Origin: a bacterium
GTDB taxonomy: Bacteria > Hinthialibacterota > Hinthialibacteria > Hinthialibacterales > Hinthialibacteraceae
DNA: 64,000 nucleotides
NCBI GenBank assembly: GCA_963663405.2
Contig: CAXXSM010000021.1
Location: forward strand, 64,001 to 128,000
Direction: 5' to 3'
The translations under genes were made by a program, and so were the position numbers. Shown in pieces: positions 1-9,415 of this stretch. Numbering within the stretch: position 1 is the first letter of the stretch; each line of letters opens with the position of its first letter. The notes under the pieces are model-generated. The model was given only the letters and a program-made list of their open reading frames with translations. It searched no databases and was not told where the DNA came from.

Positions 1-207
1 TTTAATTTTCTGATCTTATCGCATAAAACAACGGCGATTGTCTCCGCAATCCTGCTGTTAATCTTTCTCATGGCTGCCTGGCGTATGGTGCAGAGGCGGA
101 TTGAGATCGCATTGCAGAATTCTCCCCACGCGGTCCCGTATCATAAACCGTTCGCGGATCTGAACGAGATGGATGAAGTGGAGACGGAAAACGAGAATCA
201 CGAATAA
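1..207 (+). CDS. 3' end of a membrane protein (partial, starts before window)
   Basis: Frame 1 is open from base 1 to TAA at 205-207: FNFLILSHKTTAIVSAILLLIFLMAAWRMVQRR...ENENHE, a hydrophobic helix followed by an acidic tail; not in the ORF track. Confidence 0.55.
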   Translation, partial: FNFLILSHKTTAIVSAILLLIFLMAAWRMVQRRIEIALQNSPHAVPYHKPFADLNEMDEVETENENHE

Positions 208-228
208 CAGTTTTGCAGTTCGAATTCG

Positions 229-2055
229 TTATTGATTGTTCATATACGGCGCCATGACGCGGTAGGTGCGGGTCAACGTTTCAATTTCCTGCAAGTAATG
301 CGATTGGTTCCCGGCTTCGACCATCTGATCCATGAGATGATAGATTTTTCGGAGAGCCCATTCACGCGCGATCTCGTAGGTGGCGTTATCGATATCTGGA
401 ACCGGCAGTTCGAAGACGAATTCTTTCTGCTCGTCAAAAGCTTCCCCGACCACGCGCACGGATATTTTCTTTTCATCTTTCAACCGTCCCCATAGCTGGA
501 GTTCCCCTTTCATGTATAGATCGGGCAGTTGCTTGGGATAAATCTCATCTGGATCGACGGTGACGAAATCCGCTTGAATCCGCAGGAGCACAGGATCTTC
601 GATATAGCCGTAAACGGCTTGAATGTGGGGGGATAGTTCATCCCGGTCGCGCTCGAATAACGTCCGGCCCCGGTTGCGGTGCGCGAGCATGTCGAGAAGG
701 TACCGGTTCAATTTTTCGCCCGTGCCGATACAAAAGATCGACGTGCTGGGACCCCGGTAGCGGCTCAAATTGCTGATGATATTCTTGCTGTTTACATCCC
801 CGGCGGTGGGCCGTCCATCGCTGAATAGCAGCATGATGAGTGGCCGCGCTCTCTCCGTCCCTAATTGGACCAGCGGCTCAAGCGATTTATAAATGTCTGT
901 CCGTCCGGATGCGCGAAGAGGGCGGATGAAATCCCACGCGCTTTCTACATTCCCCGGCGTCGCCTCAACAAACGTGTCAGTGAATTTCTGGACGGATTGT
1001 TTGAAACCGACGACGTTGAACCGGTCGCCTGGCCGGAGACGTTCAAGAATATTGTGGATTTCTTTTTTCACGACATTGATACGCAGACGGCCCATACTCG
1101 CCGACGCGTCCAGAACCAGAACGATATCTTTCGGAAGAATTTGGAGCCGTTCGTCCGTCGTCTGGGGGCGGATGCGAATCATGAAATATCCCTCGCCACC
1201 GACATGATGATACGTGAAAAGATCAATCCGGATCAAATCATCCAGCTGGATAAAACGGTCTTGAATTTTTTGAATGGCGATCTGTTCATTCCGCAGTGTC
1301 GTTTGTATGGGGCTGGGACGAATGAGATCGGGGGAAGGAAGCAGTTCCGTAACCGGGGGCAGTTCAATGGGTGGTTCTTCCAATTCCAGTTTGGGAACGG
1401 ATGGCGCAAGGTCCGGTTTTAGCGCCACACTGATCGTCCGGGAAGCGATGGGATTCTCATCAAGAACCGGCGCGGGCAAATCCGATAGGATCCGCGCCGC
1501 CCGGCCTGTACCCCGGCCGGTCAGGGCGATGCGTTTGGACTCTACTTCGCCGTTATCTACATCTTGGCCGGAACGTTCCTCGAATTCACCGACCGCGTTA
1601 TCGCCGGAATCTGTTGTGATCAGGTTATTCGCCGCCTGATCGTCGACGAACATATCTTCGTCTTTCACATCATCAAGTGACGGTGGCGCGTCTCCGGTTC
1701 GCAGGTCAGGAGAAAGCGCGGACAGCGTTGATTCCGCTGATCGCTCAGGAAGCGCGGCGAGTGTCCGCATCTGCTCGTTGAGAGCGCGTTCCCGTTCAAT
1801 TTGTAATTGTTCCTGCGTAGGGCGGGAGATGAAATTGCGGGATTCAAGGTCCGCGAGCCGTACATTAAACAAAGTTTCCACTTCTTTTTCGATCGTATGA
1901 ATCGCGGCGGCCTGCCAATTCTGAGAAAGGTAAATAAACAGCAAATGAACAAGCAGAGACAAACCAATCGCGGCGGCCGCGTAAAGGTCGATCCGCCGGT
2001 TCGCCCATAAAAAGGCTGGTTGATTTTTGGAAGATGTTCCGCTTGCCTGAGCCAT
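229..2055 (-). CDS. Membrane-anchored vWA (VIT/ITIH-like) domain protein with TonB-like N-terminus
   Basis: N-terminal TM GLSLLVHLLFI (S-x3-H), acidic/Pro-rich linker, MIDAS motifs LDASAS...GRTD...FSDG; ATG 2055 (MAQASG) preferred over TTG 2100. Confidence 0.8.
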   Translation of the reverse strand: MAQASGTSSKNQPAFLWANRRIDLYAAAAIGLSLLVHLLFIYLSQNWQAAAIHTIEKEVETLFNVRLADLESRNFISRPTQEQLQIERERALNEQMRTLAALPERSAESTLSALSPDLRTGDAPPSLDDVKDEDMFVDDQAANNLITTDSGDNAVGEFEERSGQDVDNGEVESKRIALTGRGTGRAARILSDLPAPVLDENPIASRTISVALKPDLAPSVPKLELEEPPIELPPVTELLPSPDLIRPSPIQTTLRNEQIAIQKIQDRFIQLDDLIRIDLFTYHHVGGEGYFMIRIRPQTTDERLQILPKDIVLVLDASASMGRLRINVVKKEIHNILERLRPGDRFNVVGFKQSVQKFTDTFVEATPGNVESAWDFIRPLRASGRTDIYKSLEPLVQLGTERARPLIMLLFSDGRPTAGDVNSKNIISNLSRYRGPSTSIFCIGTGEKLNRYLLDMLAHRNRGRTLFERDRDELSPHIQAVYGYIEDPVLLRIQADFVTVDPDEIYPKQLPDLYMKGELQLWGRLKDEKKISVRVVGEAFDEQKEFVFELPVPDIDNATYEIAREWALRKIYHLMDQMVEAGNQSHYLQEIETLTRTYRVMAPYMNNQ

Positions 2056-2143
2056 TGTGACTGTCCGTCTGCGTTTACTGATGTTACAAAGATTCAACAA
2101 ATAATCCGTTAATTTACAGAGAAAATAATAGATGGGTCTTTCT

Positions 2144-2275
2144 TTGTCTGAATCTGGATAGCCTGGATTAAAGGATATCCAGGATGTGAATTAATCACTG
2201 CGATGGAATTTATAATTGAATGCCGATATAAAAATCCTGATCATCCTTTTATCTTGAGCATCCTGATTCAGACAA
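2144..2275. repeat. Imperfect inverted-repeat element, TTGTCTGAATC(A/T)GGAT family, copy A
   Basis: Left arm 2144-2185 ttgtctgaatctggat-agcctggat-taaaggat-atccaggat; right arm 2234-2275 is its approximate reverse complement; related copies at 40172 and 49915. Confidence 0.75.
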
Positions 2276-2418
2276 TAAAATTCTCAGCCGGTCAATTTAC
2301 GTAACATCAGTTAATTATTTGCTATATGTTTAGTCATAAAAGACTGACTATATTGGTACATCCAGCTTTATCCCTAGGATATCTCTGAATCTTGGGTGGT
2401 TGGTGATCGTTTTCAAGA

Positions 2419-4923
2419 TTAATCCTGCTTCTTCTCATCGCCATCATCCGAAATAAATCGTTCCGCGAATTCTAGTTGGGCTTTTTTATACCATTTTGAT
2501 TGTTCGTATCGTTCTTCCAATTCGTTATAAATCGTCAGCGCTTCCGCTTTTTCTCCGACGGCGAAGTGACAGGCGATGCAGTGGTACATCGCTTCCGGCG
2601 TCAGTTCAGGATGATCGAAGATGATCGCGACGCGCAGGAACGATTCCAGCGCGTCTTCATATCGTTCCATCTGTTGCAGCAGCCGTCCGCGATCCGTGTA
2701 TAGAGCGGCTTCGAATGTCATATCGGGATTCCCCAGTTTCTGCATTTCAAGGAGACTCGATTCGTACAAGCGGAGGGCTTCCTCCTGTTTCCCGATTCCT
2801 TCATTCGCTTTGGCGCTGGTCCAGAGGATCTCCGGTTTGAACTTGCTGTCCGGAAATTGTTTGAGGAAGATTTCCGCGTTCTCGAGCGTTTCATCCCATC
2901 GTTTTAACGCCACGAGTTGATTGCCTCTTGCGATGCGGGCGCGTTCGAGAATGGGAGGCGCGTCGAATACCGTGAGAATGCGCTCGCAGATTTGCAGCGC
3001 GTCTTCCGTATCCCCTTGATCGGCGGCGTATAGCACCATCCAAAAGATCACTTCGGAAGGCAGCTTCGCGCCGGTTGGTGTTTTTAAAATCGCATGGAAA
3101 TCCGCGAACGCGCTGGGATAGTTCTTCTCCTGGTAATCACAAAGCGCTTTGCGCAGGCGGATTTCATCGCGATTGGGAAAATTGGGATATTCTTTCAGCA
3201 ACCGTTCATACGTTTCCGCCGCGCGTTTCCGGTCTTGTTGAATCTCAAACAAGTACGCGGTCCAATAGAGCGCCTCGCCCTTTTTTTCGCTGGATTCCGC
3301 TTTGAGAATTCGATCGAGTTCCGCCAGCGCTTCTTTATATTGTTTGAGTTGATAATGCGCGAGGGCTTTCCGGTAGATGAAATCCTCCCGCTTGTCTATC
3401 GCAGGAAATGTGTCGAGAAGAAGGGTGGTCATTTCGATCGCTTTGGAGTAATTCTTCGCGGCGAAGAACGCGTTGACCGCCCAGGAAAGCGCGTCCGCCG
3501 CATTGTTGGAATTGGGATAGGTCTTATAACTCCGCTCAAACAAGGCCGCGCTCTCTTCGTAGCGTTGTAAGCGGTAAAGCGCGTCCGCCCCTTCAAACAG
3601 CGCTTCTTCGGCGTAATCGCTTTTTGGGTCCAATTCGAGGACGAACTGCATTTCCGTATACGCGCGTTCGAACTGTTCAAGTTGGGCGAGTGTTTTCCCC
3701 ATCAGGTAATGAAGATTCGCGCTCATCGATGTGGCTAGAGGCTGCTTGAGGAGGTTCTGACTTTCCCGCAGCGCGCGGGGGTATTGTTCGCTTAAATAAT
3801 AGGACCAGGCGAGCTGGTACCAGCCACGGTCGCGGTATTCCCCCGCGTTCGGATCGGCGATCACTTCGCGGAAATACCGGATCGCTTCGTCATACTGGTT
3901 CTGTTGATAGGCGCAGGTTCCCTGCAAAAAGAGAATCCCTGCGGCGAGATCGGGGGGAAGTGATTGACGCTGAAGCGTTTTAGCGATCTCCAAAGCTTTG
4001 GCGAATTCCCGGCGCCGGTACTGCGCCCAGGCGGCGCCATATTTCGCTTTCGCGATGTTTTCGCCACTGGGAGACGTGGCGATATACGCTTCATACGCTT
4101 TCGCGGCCTCAGCGAATTTATCCATCCGGTAAAGAGTCTGCGCGGCGCGCAGCTGCGCGTCTTCAATCAGCGTGGAATCTTCGGGGATTGTATACTGGCT
4201 GGGATTTTGCCAGAGGTTATTCAAGATTTCCGCCGCTTCTTGATTCCGATCCGATGCGAGAAGCAGTTCCGCCAGAAGGTAGGCCGAGAATGCGGCGTAT
4301 TCACTGTCTTTATAGGACTTGAGTATCTGACGGTACCGTTTTTCGGCGTCTTGGTTTTGATTCAGTTTTTCATGGCTGCGCGCCGCGTAAAAAATCGCGG
4401 CGGCGAGCAGGGATTGATCCTTTGATTCTTGGATGACCCGCAGCAGCGAGGGAAGACCGTCTCCCGCCGTGTCGAGTTTATAACAGATTTCTCCATGCCG
4501 CAGCAGGGCGTCATGGATCTTCTCCCCATCCGGCGCTGTTTTGATCAAATCTTGAAAGCACTGTCTGGCTTGGATCAACGCGACATTGGATTGGACGGAA
4601 CTAATTTTCGCTAGGGAAATCGAGTGTTGGTATAGTGATTCCCCCCGCCGGAATAGAGCGATTTGACGTTTTTGACTAGTAGGATATTTGTCAAGAAAAT
4701 TCGCGTATTGCTTCGCGGCGGTTTCATACATTTTCCGCTGATAGAGTCCGTCGGCGAAATCAAGGTCCAATTGTTCCTGCGTTGGCGACGTGGCCGCCAC
4801 ACCGGTTGTGGGAAGGGCAATATAAACCGCGCAAAAAATCAGCGCAATGCAGAAAATTCGATGGCATGCGCTGGAGAGCCACTTTGCGCGCTCTGAGAAT
4901 ATTGTGATTTCTGGTCTCCTCAT
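2419..4923 (-). CDS. Exported multi-TPR protein (CpoB/BamD-like repeats)
   Basis: Signal-like hydrophobic N-terminus; repeated TPR patterns such as A..Y..FL.KYP.S and ALY..A..Y over ~800 aa. Confidence 0.85.
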   Translation of the reverse strand: MRRPEITIFSERAKWLSSACHRIFCIALIFCAVYIALPTTGVAATSPTQEQLDLDFADGLYQRKMYETAAKQYANFLDKYPTSQKRQIALFRRGESLYQHSISLAKISSVQSNVALIQARQCFQDLIKTAPDGEKIHDALLRHGEICYKLDTAGDGLPSLLRVIQESKDQSLLAAAIFYAARSHEKLNQNQDAEKRYRQILKSYKDSEYAAFSAYLLAELLLASDRNQEAAEILNNLWQNPSQYTIPEDSTLIEDAQLRAAQTLYRMDKFAEAAKAYEAYIATSPSGENIAKAKYGAAWAQYRRREFAKALEIAKTLQRQSLPPDLAAGILFLQGTCAYQQNQYDEAIRYFREVIADPNAGEYRDRGWYQLAWSYYLSEQYPRALRESQNLLKQPLATSMSANLHYLMGKTLAQLEQFERAYTEMQFVLELDPKSDYAEEALFEGADALYRLQRYEESAALFERSYKTYPNSNNAADALSWAVNAFFAAKNYSKAIEMTTLLLDTFPAIDKREDFIYRKALAHYQLKQYKEALAELDRILKAESSEKKGEALYWTAYLFEIQQDRKRAAETYERLLKEYPNFPNRDEIRLRKALCDYQEKNYPSAFADFHAILKTPTGAKLPSEVIFWMVLYAADQGDTEDALQICERILTVFDAPPILERARIARGNQLVALKRWDETLENAEIFLKQFPDSKFKPEILWTSAKANEGIGKQEEALRLYESSLLEMQKLGNPDMTFEAALYTDRGRLLQQMERYEDALESFLRVAIIFDHPELTPEAMYHCIACHFAVGEKAEALTIYNELEERYEQSKWYKKAQLEFAERFISDDGDEKKQD

Positions 4924-4979
4924 TATGACACTTCCAACTTTTTTAATCGTAATCGAACTAAATTGCTACCACTATCTTC

Positions 4980-5423
4980 CTACTCTGATTTAGAAGAAGC
5001 CGATTCGCCTTCCTCCGGTGGCAGAGCCGCGAAAGAGACGTTCCAAACACCGGATTTGGCGCAGGCGTCCAGGATGTCGATCGCCTGCTCCAAATAGGCT
5101 TTTTTGTCCCCACGGATAATAACGGATTGATCGGGATATTGTTTCGCAATGCGCCGCAATAACATCTTCAATTGATCTAGAGTTACTTGGCGTTGGTTGA
5201 TGACAATCGTTCCATCCAGTTTCACATTGACGATCAATTCCCCAAGCGAGCGCTGTGGCGGCGTGGCCGATTCCGCCGTTGGGACGGTGATGGAGATTTC
5301 ATTCTCTAATCGCGCGAAGACCGATGTGGTGATGAAAAAGATCAATAAGAGAAAGATAATATCCAACATCGGTGTCATGGGGATATTCGGATCTTCTTGG
5401 GATGTGCGGGATAGGAATTTCAT
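4980..5423 (-). CDS. exbD: ExbD/TolR biopolymer transport protein
   Basis: IPMTPMLDIIFLLLIFF TM with conserved Asp; VIIRGDK motif. Confidence 0.9.
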   Translation of the reverse strand: MKFLSRTSQEDPNIPMTPMLDIIFLLLIFFITTSVFARLENEISITVPTAESATPPQRSLGELIVNVKLDGTIVINQRQVTLDQLKMLLRRIAKQYPDQSVIIRGDKKAYLEQAIDILDACAKSGVWNVSFAALPPEEGESASSKSE

Positions 5424-5437
5424 AGCAGTAACTCGTT

Positions 5438-6241
5438 TTATTTCTTCCGGGTTTTCTTGTCGCTGATATGCTCCGCGATTTCAACGGCGATCTCTTCCAT
5501 GCGTCCGATGATGGTCTGCATACGTCCCCGGAAGTAGAAAAAGAACGCCATGCAGGGAATCGCCACGATCAGACCGGCGGCGGTTGTGACCAACGCCTGG
5601 GCGACCGCGCTCGCAAGAGCGACCGGTTTCACCGCGCTGATATCAAACGCGATGAAATTGAACGCTTTGATCATCCCCAGCACCGTGCCGAGGATCCCCA
5701 GCATGGGAGCGACGGTCGCGATTTCGGACAGATACCGCACTTGGCGCATGAGGCGTTCCCCCTCCCGCAGACCTACGGATTCCATCGTCGATGAAACCGC
5801 TGAGGGATCGGAGATACGGCGGTTCATTCCAGCGAAGATCACTTTGGCGAGCATACCTTCATTGCGCCGGGTCAGCCGGAAGATATCTTCGAAACGCCCT
5901 TCTCTAAGGTAGTGCCGGATCTGTCTCACGAGTTCTTCGGGAATCAATTTTTTATCATTCAGCGTCAGGCTGAAATAAATCACCAACGCCAGCGCCAAAA
6001 TGGAGAGCAAAAAGATCAGAACCATCACCCAGCCCCCCGCTACGAGCAGATCGTAGAGCGTCATCCCAGCTTGTTCTTCTCCAGTCATCGCATCGATGAA
6101 AGTCGAGTCCGCGATCGACGCGGAAGCGCTCTGGGGTGAAGAGCGGGTCTGCGCTTCCGTTTCCATTATTCCAATCGCGGCGATCAACAAACAGACCATC
6201 GCGAGCCGGCGCCAATAGAGGTTGCGATTCATTTGAGTCAT
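5438..6241 (-). CDS. exbB: ExbB/TolQ/MotA proton channel protein
   Basis: GGWVM TM1; IATVAPMLGILGTVLGMIKAF and ALVTTAAGLIVAIP signature helices. Confidence 0.92.
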   Translation of the reverse strand: MTQMNRNLYWRRLAMVCLLIAAIGIMETEAQTRSSPQSASASIADSTFIDAMTGEEQAGMTLYDLLVAGGWVMVLIFLLSILALALVIYFSLTLNDKKLIPEELVRQIRHYLREGRFEDIFRLTRRNEGMLAKVIFAGMNRRISDPSAVSSTMESVGLREGERLMRQVRYLSEIATVAPMLGILGTVLGMIKAFNFIAFDISAVKPVALASAVAQALVTTAAGLIVAIPCMAFFFYFRGRMQTIIGRMEEIAVEIAEHISDKKTRKK

Positions 6242-6491
6242 CCGGTTTCTATCCTCCGAACGGCAATATCGTCATAGACGAAACAATAGGATAGTAATAT
6301 AGAACTACGGAAAGGACAATAGTCTACCACAGTTTTGACGAATGTTGAGGAGTTTCTATTCAATGATGGGAGAAGAAGTAATCTTTAAAAGAATAGTGTA
6401 CCCTTTGCGTCTTCTATTCGTTAAATACAATGAAGGGAGGATATTTGATTCCACCTTGCGCAACCGGTGATGGACGCCCCTCGAAAACACT

Positions 6492-7904
6492 ATGAACGCG
6501 CGAATTTTACTTGTTGAAGACGACCAGCGGTACGCCGCCCGGTTGAAAAAGAATCTGGCTTTGGAAGGCTATGACGTGATCCTGGCGTCTTCCGGCGAGG
6601 AGGGGATCGAACTGTATGGCCGCGAACCGGTCGATTTAGTATTGTCGGATATTAAAATGCCGGGCATGAGCGGGATGGATCTGCTCAAACAGATCGGCGC
6701 CCAACACGATGGGGGGGAGCATGAAGTTCCCGTCGTATTGCTGACCTCCGTGGATACAGCCCGCATGGCGGTCGAAGCGATGAAAGCGGGCGCGGCGGAT
6801 TACATCACGAAAGACGCCGACCGGGTGGAAATCCTGCTGCGGATTGAAAAAGTCCTGGCGGAAGCGCGGATCCGCGCGGAGAACCGCCTCCTGCGCAGCC
6901 GTATCCAAGATGTCGGAGAATTTGGACGCACAATTGCTGAAGATCCGAAATCGATTACATTGCTTCAAGAAATTGACACCATCGCCGATTCAGGCGCGAA
7001 TATTTTAATTATCGGTGAAACCGGTGTGGGGAAGGAATTGATAGCCCGCTGCGTGCATCAAAAAAGCCCCCGGTCCGATAAACCGTTCATCGATCAAAAC
7101 TGCGCCGCCATCCCCACAGACAACCTTTTTCAATCTGAGATCTTCGGCCATGAAAAAGGCGCGTTTACCGGCGCCATCAACCGCAAACTGGGAAAGTTGG
7201 AACTGGCCGATGGCGGAATTCTCTTTCTCGATGAAATCGGTGACATGCCGCTGGAAAGCCAAGGTAAAATCCTGCGCGCCTTGGAGACACAAGAATTCGA
7301 ACGGGTGGGGGGAACGCGCAAAATCCGCGTTGATATTGCGATCATCGCGGCGACGAATAAAGACCTGCAATTCGAAGTGCGGGAAGGCCGGTTCCGGCAG
7401 GATCTCTTGTACCGGCTCGATATTATCCGGCTGCAAATCCCCTCCTTGCGGGAACGGCCGGGGGATATCATCGCCTTGGCAAATCATTTCCTGGACCAAT
7501 ATACGCGCAAATACCGGCGTCCCCTGCCTGTGATTACAGAGGAAGCCCGCGCGTTTTTTGAGCGTTACCCCTGGCCGGGCAATGTCCGGGAATTGAAAAA
7601 TTTCATCGAACGTATTGTGATCCGGAACCGGGATTGTGAAGCGATCGATCCAGCGCTGCTGCAGCGGGAAGGGCTTTCATTAGAGAACGGCGCATTACTC
7701 TCTACTGGAGGAACAGAGGTGGAGGATGAGATGCCATCGCTGGAAGAGATCGAACGCCGCGCTATCGTCGCCGCGCTGGAAAAAGCAAATTGGGTGCAAA
7801 GCGAAGCGGCAAGAATGCTCGATATTTCCCCCGATCGTATGCACGCGCGCGTAAAAAAATATAAACTGCAGCATCCATCATGGCGCGCGCGAAAAGCGAA
7901 ATAG
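6492..7904 (+). CDS. NtrC-family sigma54-dependent response regulator
   Basis: Receiver (LVEDD, DIKMPG), AAA+ GETGVGKE, GAFTGA, FLDEIGD, WPGNVREL, C-terminal Fis-type HTH. Confidence 0.95.
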   Translation: MNARILLVEDDQRYAARLKKNLALEGYDVILASSGEEGIELYGREPVDLVLSDIKMPGMSGMDLLKQIGAQHDGGEHEVPVVLLTSVDTARMAVEAMKAGAADYITKDADRVEILLRIEKVLAEARIRAENRLLRSRIQDVGEFGRTIAEDPKSITLLQEIDTIADSGANILIIGETGVGKELIARCVHQKSPRSDKPFIDQNCAAIPTDNLFQSEIFGHEKGAFTGAINRKLGKLELADGGILFLDEIGDMPLESQGKILRALETQEFERVGGTRKIRVDIAIIAATNKDLQFEVREGRFRQDLLYRLDIIRLQIPSLRERPGDIIALANHFLDQYTRKYRRPLPVITEEARAFFERYPWPGNVRELKNFIERIVIRNRDCEAIDPALLQREGLSLENGALLSTGGTEVEDEMPSLEEIERRAIVAALEKANWVQSEAARMLDISPDRMHARVKKYKLQHPSWRARKAK

Positions 7905-7918
7905 ATAGGGGAGTAGTT

Positions 7919-8530
7919 ATGAAAAAACGTGGATTTACCTTAATTGAACTGTTAATCGTTGTTGCGATCATTGGTATCTTGGCGGCGATCGCTGTGCCAA
8001 ATTTTCTCAATGCGCAAGTGCGCGCCAAATTATCCCGCGTCATGGCTGATATGAGAAACCTCAGCACGGCGATCGAAATGTACAGCTTCGATAATGGCCG
8101 CTCGCCGGTTGGTTCACTCGAAGGAGTCTCCTTAGGTTTGTGGACATCTGAAATGCGGAGGGCGTTGAAACAATTGACCACCCCCGTTTCCTACATCGCT
8201 GCGCTGCCCAACGATCCATTCATGACGACCCAATACGGCACGTTGGAATCGGACACCGACCGGCGATGCTTTACATACAATTCTATGGAAAATCCCAATT
8301 GGCGGGCGGGGAATTACCAATACGCGTATGATGTGGGATTCACATGGTACATGTTCTCTCCCGGTCCCAGCAATTCCTACGGCGCCCCCTGGCCCGATTA
8401 TCTTCTGGCCGCCAACAATCCCAGCTACAGCGGTCAACCGGACAATCCTACAGACAGGGTCTTCGAAACCAGCAACGGCCTTACATCCGATGGGTGGATT
8501 ATCCGGTCAAATAAAGGCGCGTATCCTTGA
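7919..8530 (+). CDS. Type IV pilin/GspG-like prepilin
   Basis: MKKRG/FTLIELLIVVAIIGILAAIAVPNF class III signal; GGGGAG RBS before ATG 7919. Confidence 0.92.
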   Translation: MKKRGFTLIELLIVVAIIGILAAIAVPNFLNAQVRAKLSRVMADMRNLSTAIEMYSFDNGRSPVGSLEGVSLGLWTSEMRRALKQLTTPVSYIAALPNDPFMTTQYGTLESDTDRRCFTYNSMENPNWRAGNYQYAYDVGFTWYMFSPGPSNSYGAPWPDYLLAANNPSYSGQPDNPTDRVFETSNGLTSDGWIIRSNKGAYP

Positions 8531-8590
8531 TCAGAAAATTATACGACAAAATCTTGCATCTCATTGGGAATAGGATGTTACTAGAATGGT

Positions 8591-9277
8591 TTACAGGTTA
8601 TCGGAAGGAACAAAGCCGTTGAATTCACCCCGGAAGACACCGAAATCGCCATCACTGGCAACGCCATTTGTAGGACTGAAAATAACGACAGGTTGAAGGG
8701 CGGTTTCTCCGTACACACTGTACAATCGGCGGCGGATTTGGAGTTGTGTTGTATTGGGAAGCGGATAAAGGCTAAGCAGGGAATCACTTCGATCTGGTCC
8801 AATGCTGTAAACGCCGATCCCTTGATAACGGGAAAAGTCATCGCCGAGAAAGTCTGGATAGTGGACGTAGATAAACCCATGTTTTGAATCGGTATTCGAT
8901 GAACTGAGGCTGAACGATTCCCCCAGCTCCGATTCAATCTGTTCTGAAATCGAGACGCGTTGGAAAGGATCAGGGACGTTGGTGTCCTGAATATACATGC
9001 CATTGTAGGATAATGGTTCAAGATCGAGACGGGTGTCGTAATAAATGCTGTGTGGATAATAGCCCCGGTCTTGCTGGAAAAGCTGGGCGGCGTTGGCGAA
9101 TTCAACAAGCGTCTGCTTGGCTGCGGTAATCGTTGCCCGGGTCTTCATCTCTAACAACTGCGGAATCGCGATGCCGGATAAAATACCAATCACCGCCAGC
9201 ACGGTTATCAACTCACCTAGAGTGAAACCACGCTCGCAATTTTTATAGTTTGTAACATTCACCATCACAATCCGCAT
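8591..9277 (-). CDS. Type IV pilin/GspG-like prepilin
   Basis: ERG/FTLGELITVLAVIGILSGIAIP; shares DPF, SIGPD and TNGVASDG motifs with the paralogs at 7919 and 56671; exact start uncertain. Confidence 0.8.
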   Translation of the reverse strand: MRIVMVNVTNYKNCERGFTLGELITVLAVIGILSGIAIPQLLEMKTRATITAAKQTLVEFANAAQLFQQDRGYYPHSIYYDTRLDLEPLSYNGMYIQDTNVPDPFQRVSISEQIESELGESFSLSSSNTDSKHGFIYVHYPDFLGDDFSRYQGIGVYSIGPDRSDSLLSLYPLPNTTQLQIRRRLYSVYGETALQPVVIFSPTNGVASDGDFGVFRGEFNGFVPSDNL

Positions 9278-9415
9278 GAAAAACCCCCAGCGGAAAACAA
9301 GACTCTACCTGTTTTTTATTATATAATCATATTTGTGATCTGACAAGATACTTTTTTTTTAAATTTTGTGAAGCTTTTTTACCTTTTTTAGTGTCTCATT
9401 AATTAGGAAAATAAA

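Noticed and set aside
6492-8530. PilR-pilA style sigma54 control of the adjacent pilin
   Set aside because: The gap is only 14 nt and I found no TGGCAC-N-TTGC -24/-12 element before either pilin; the regulator's target is unknown.
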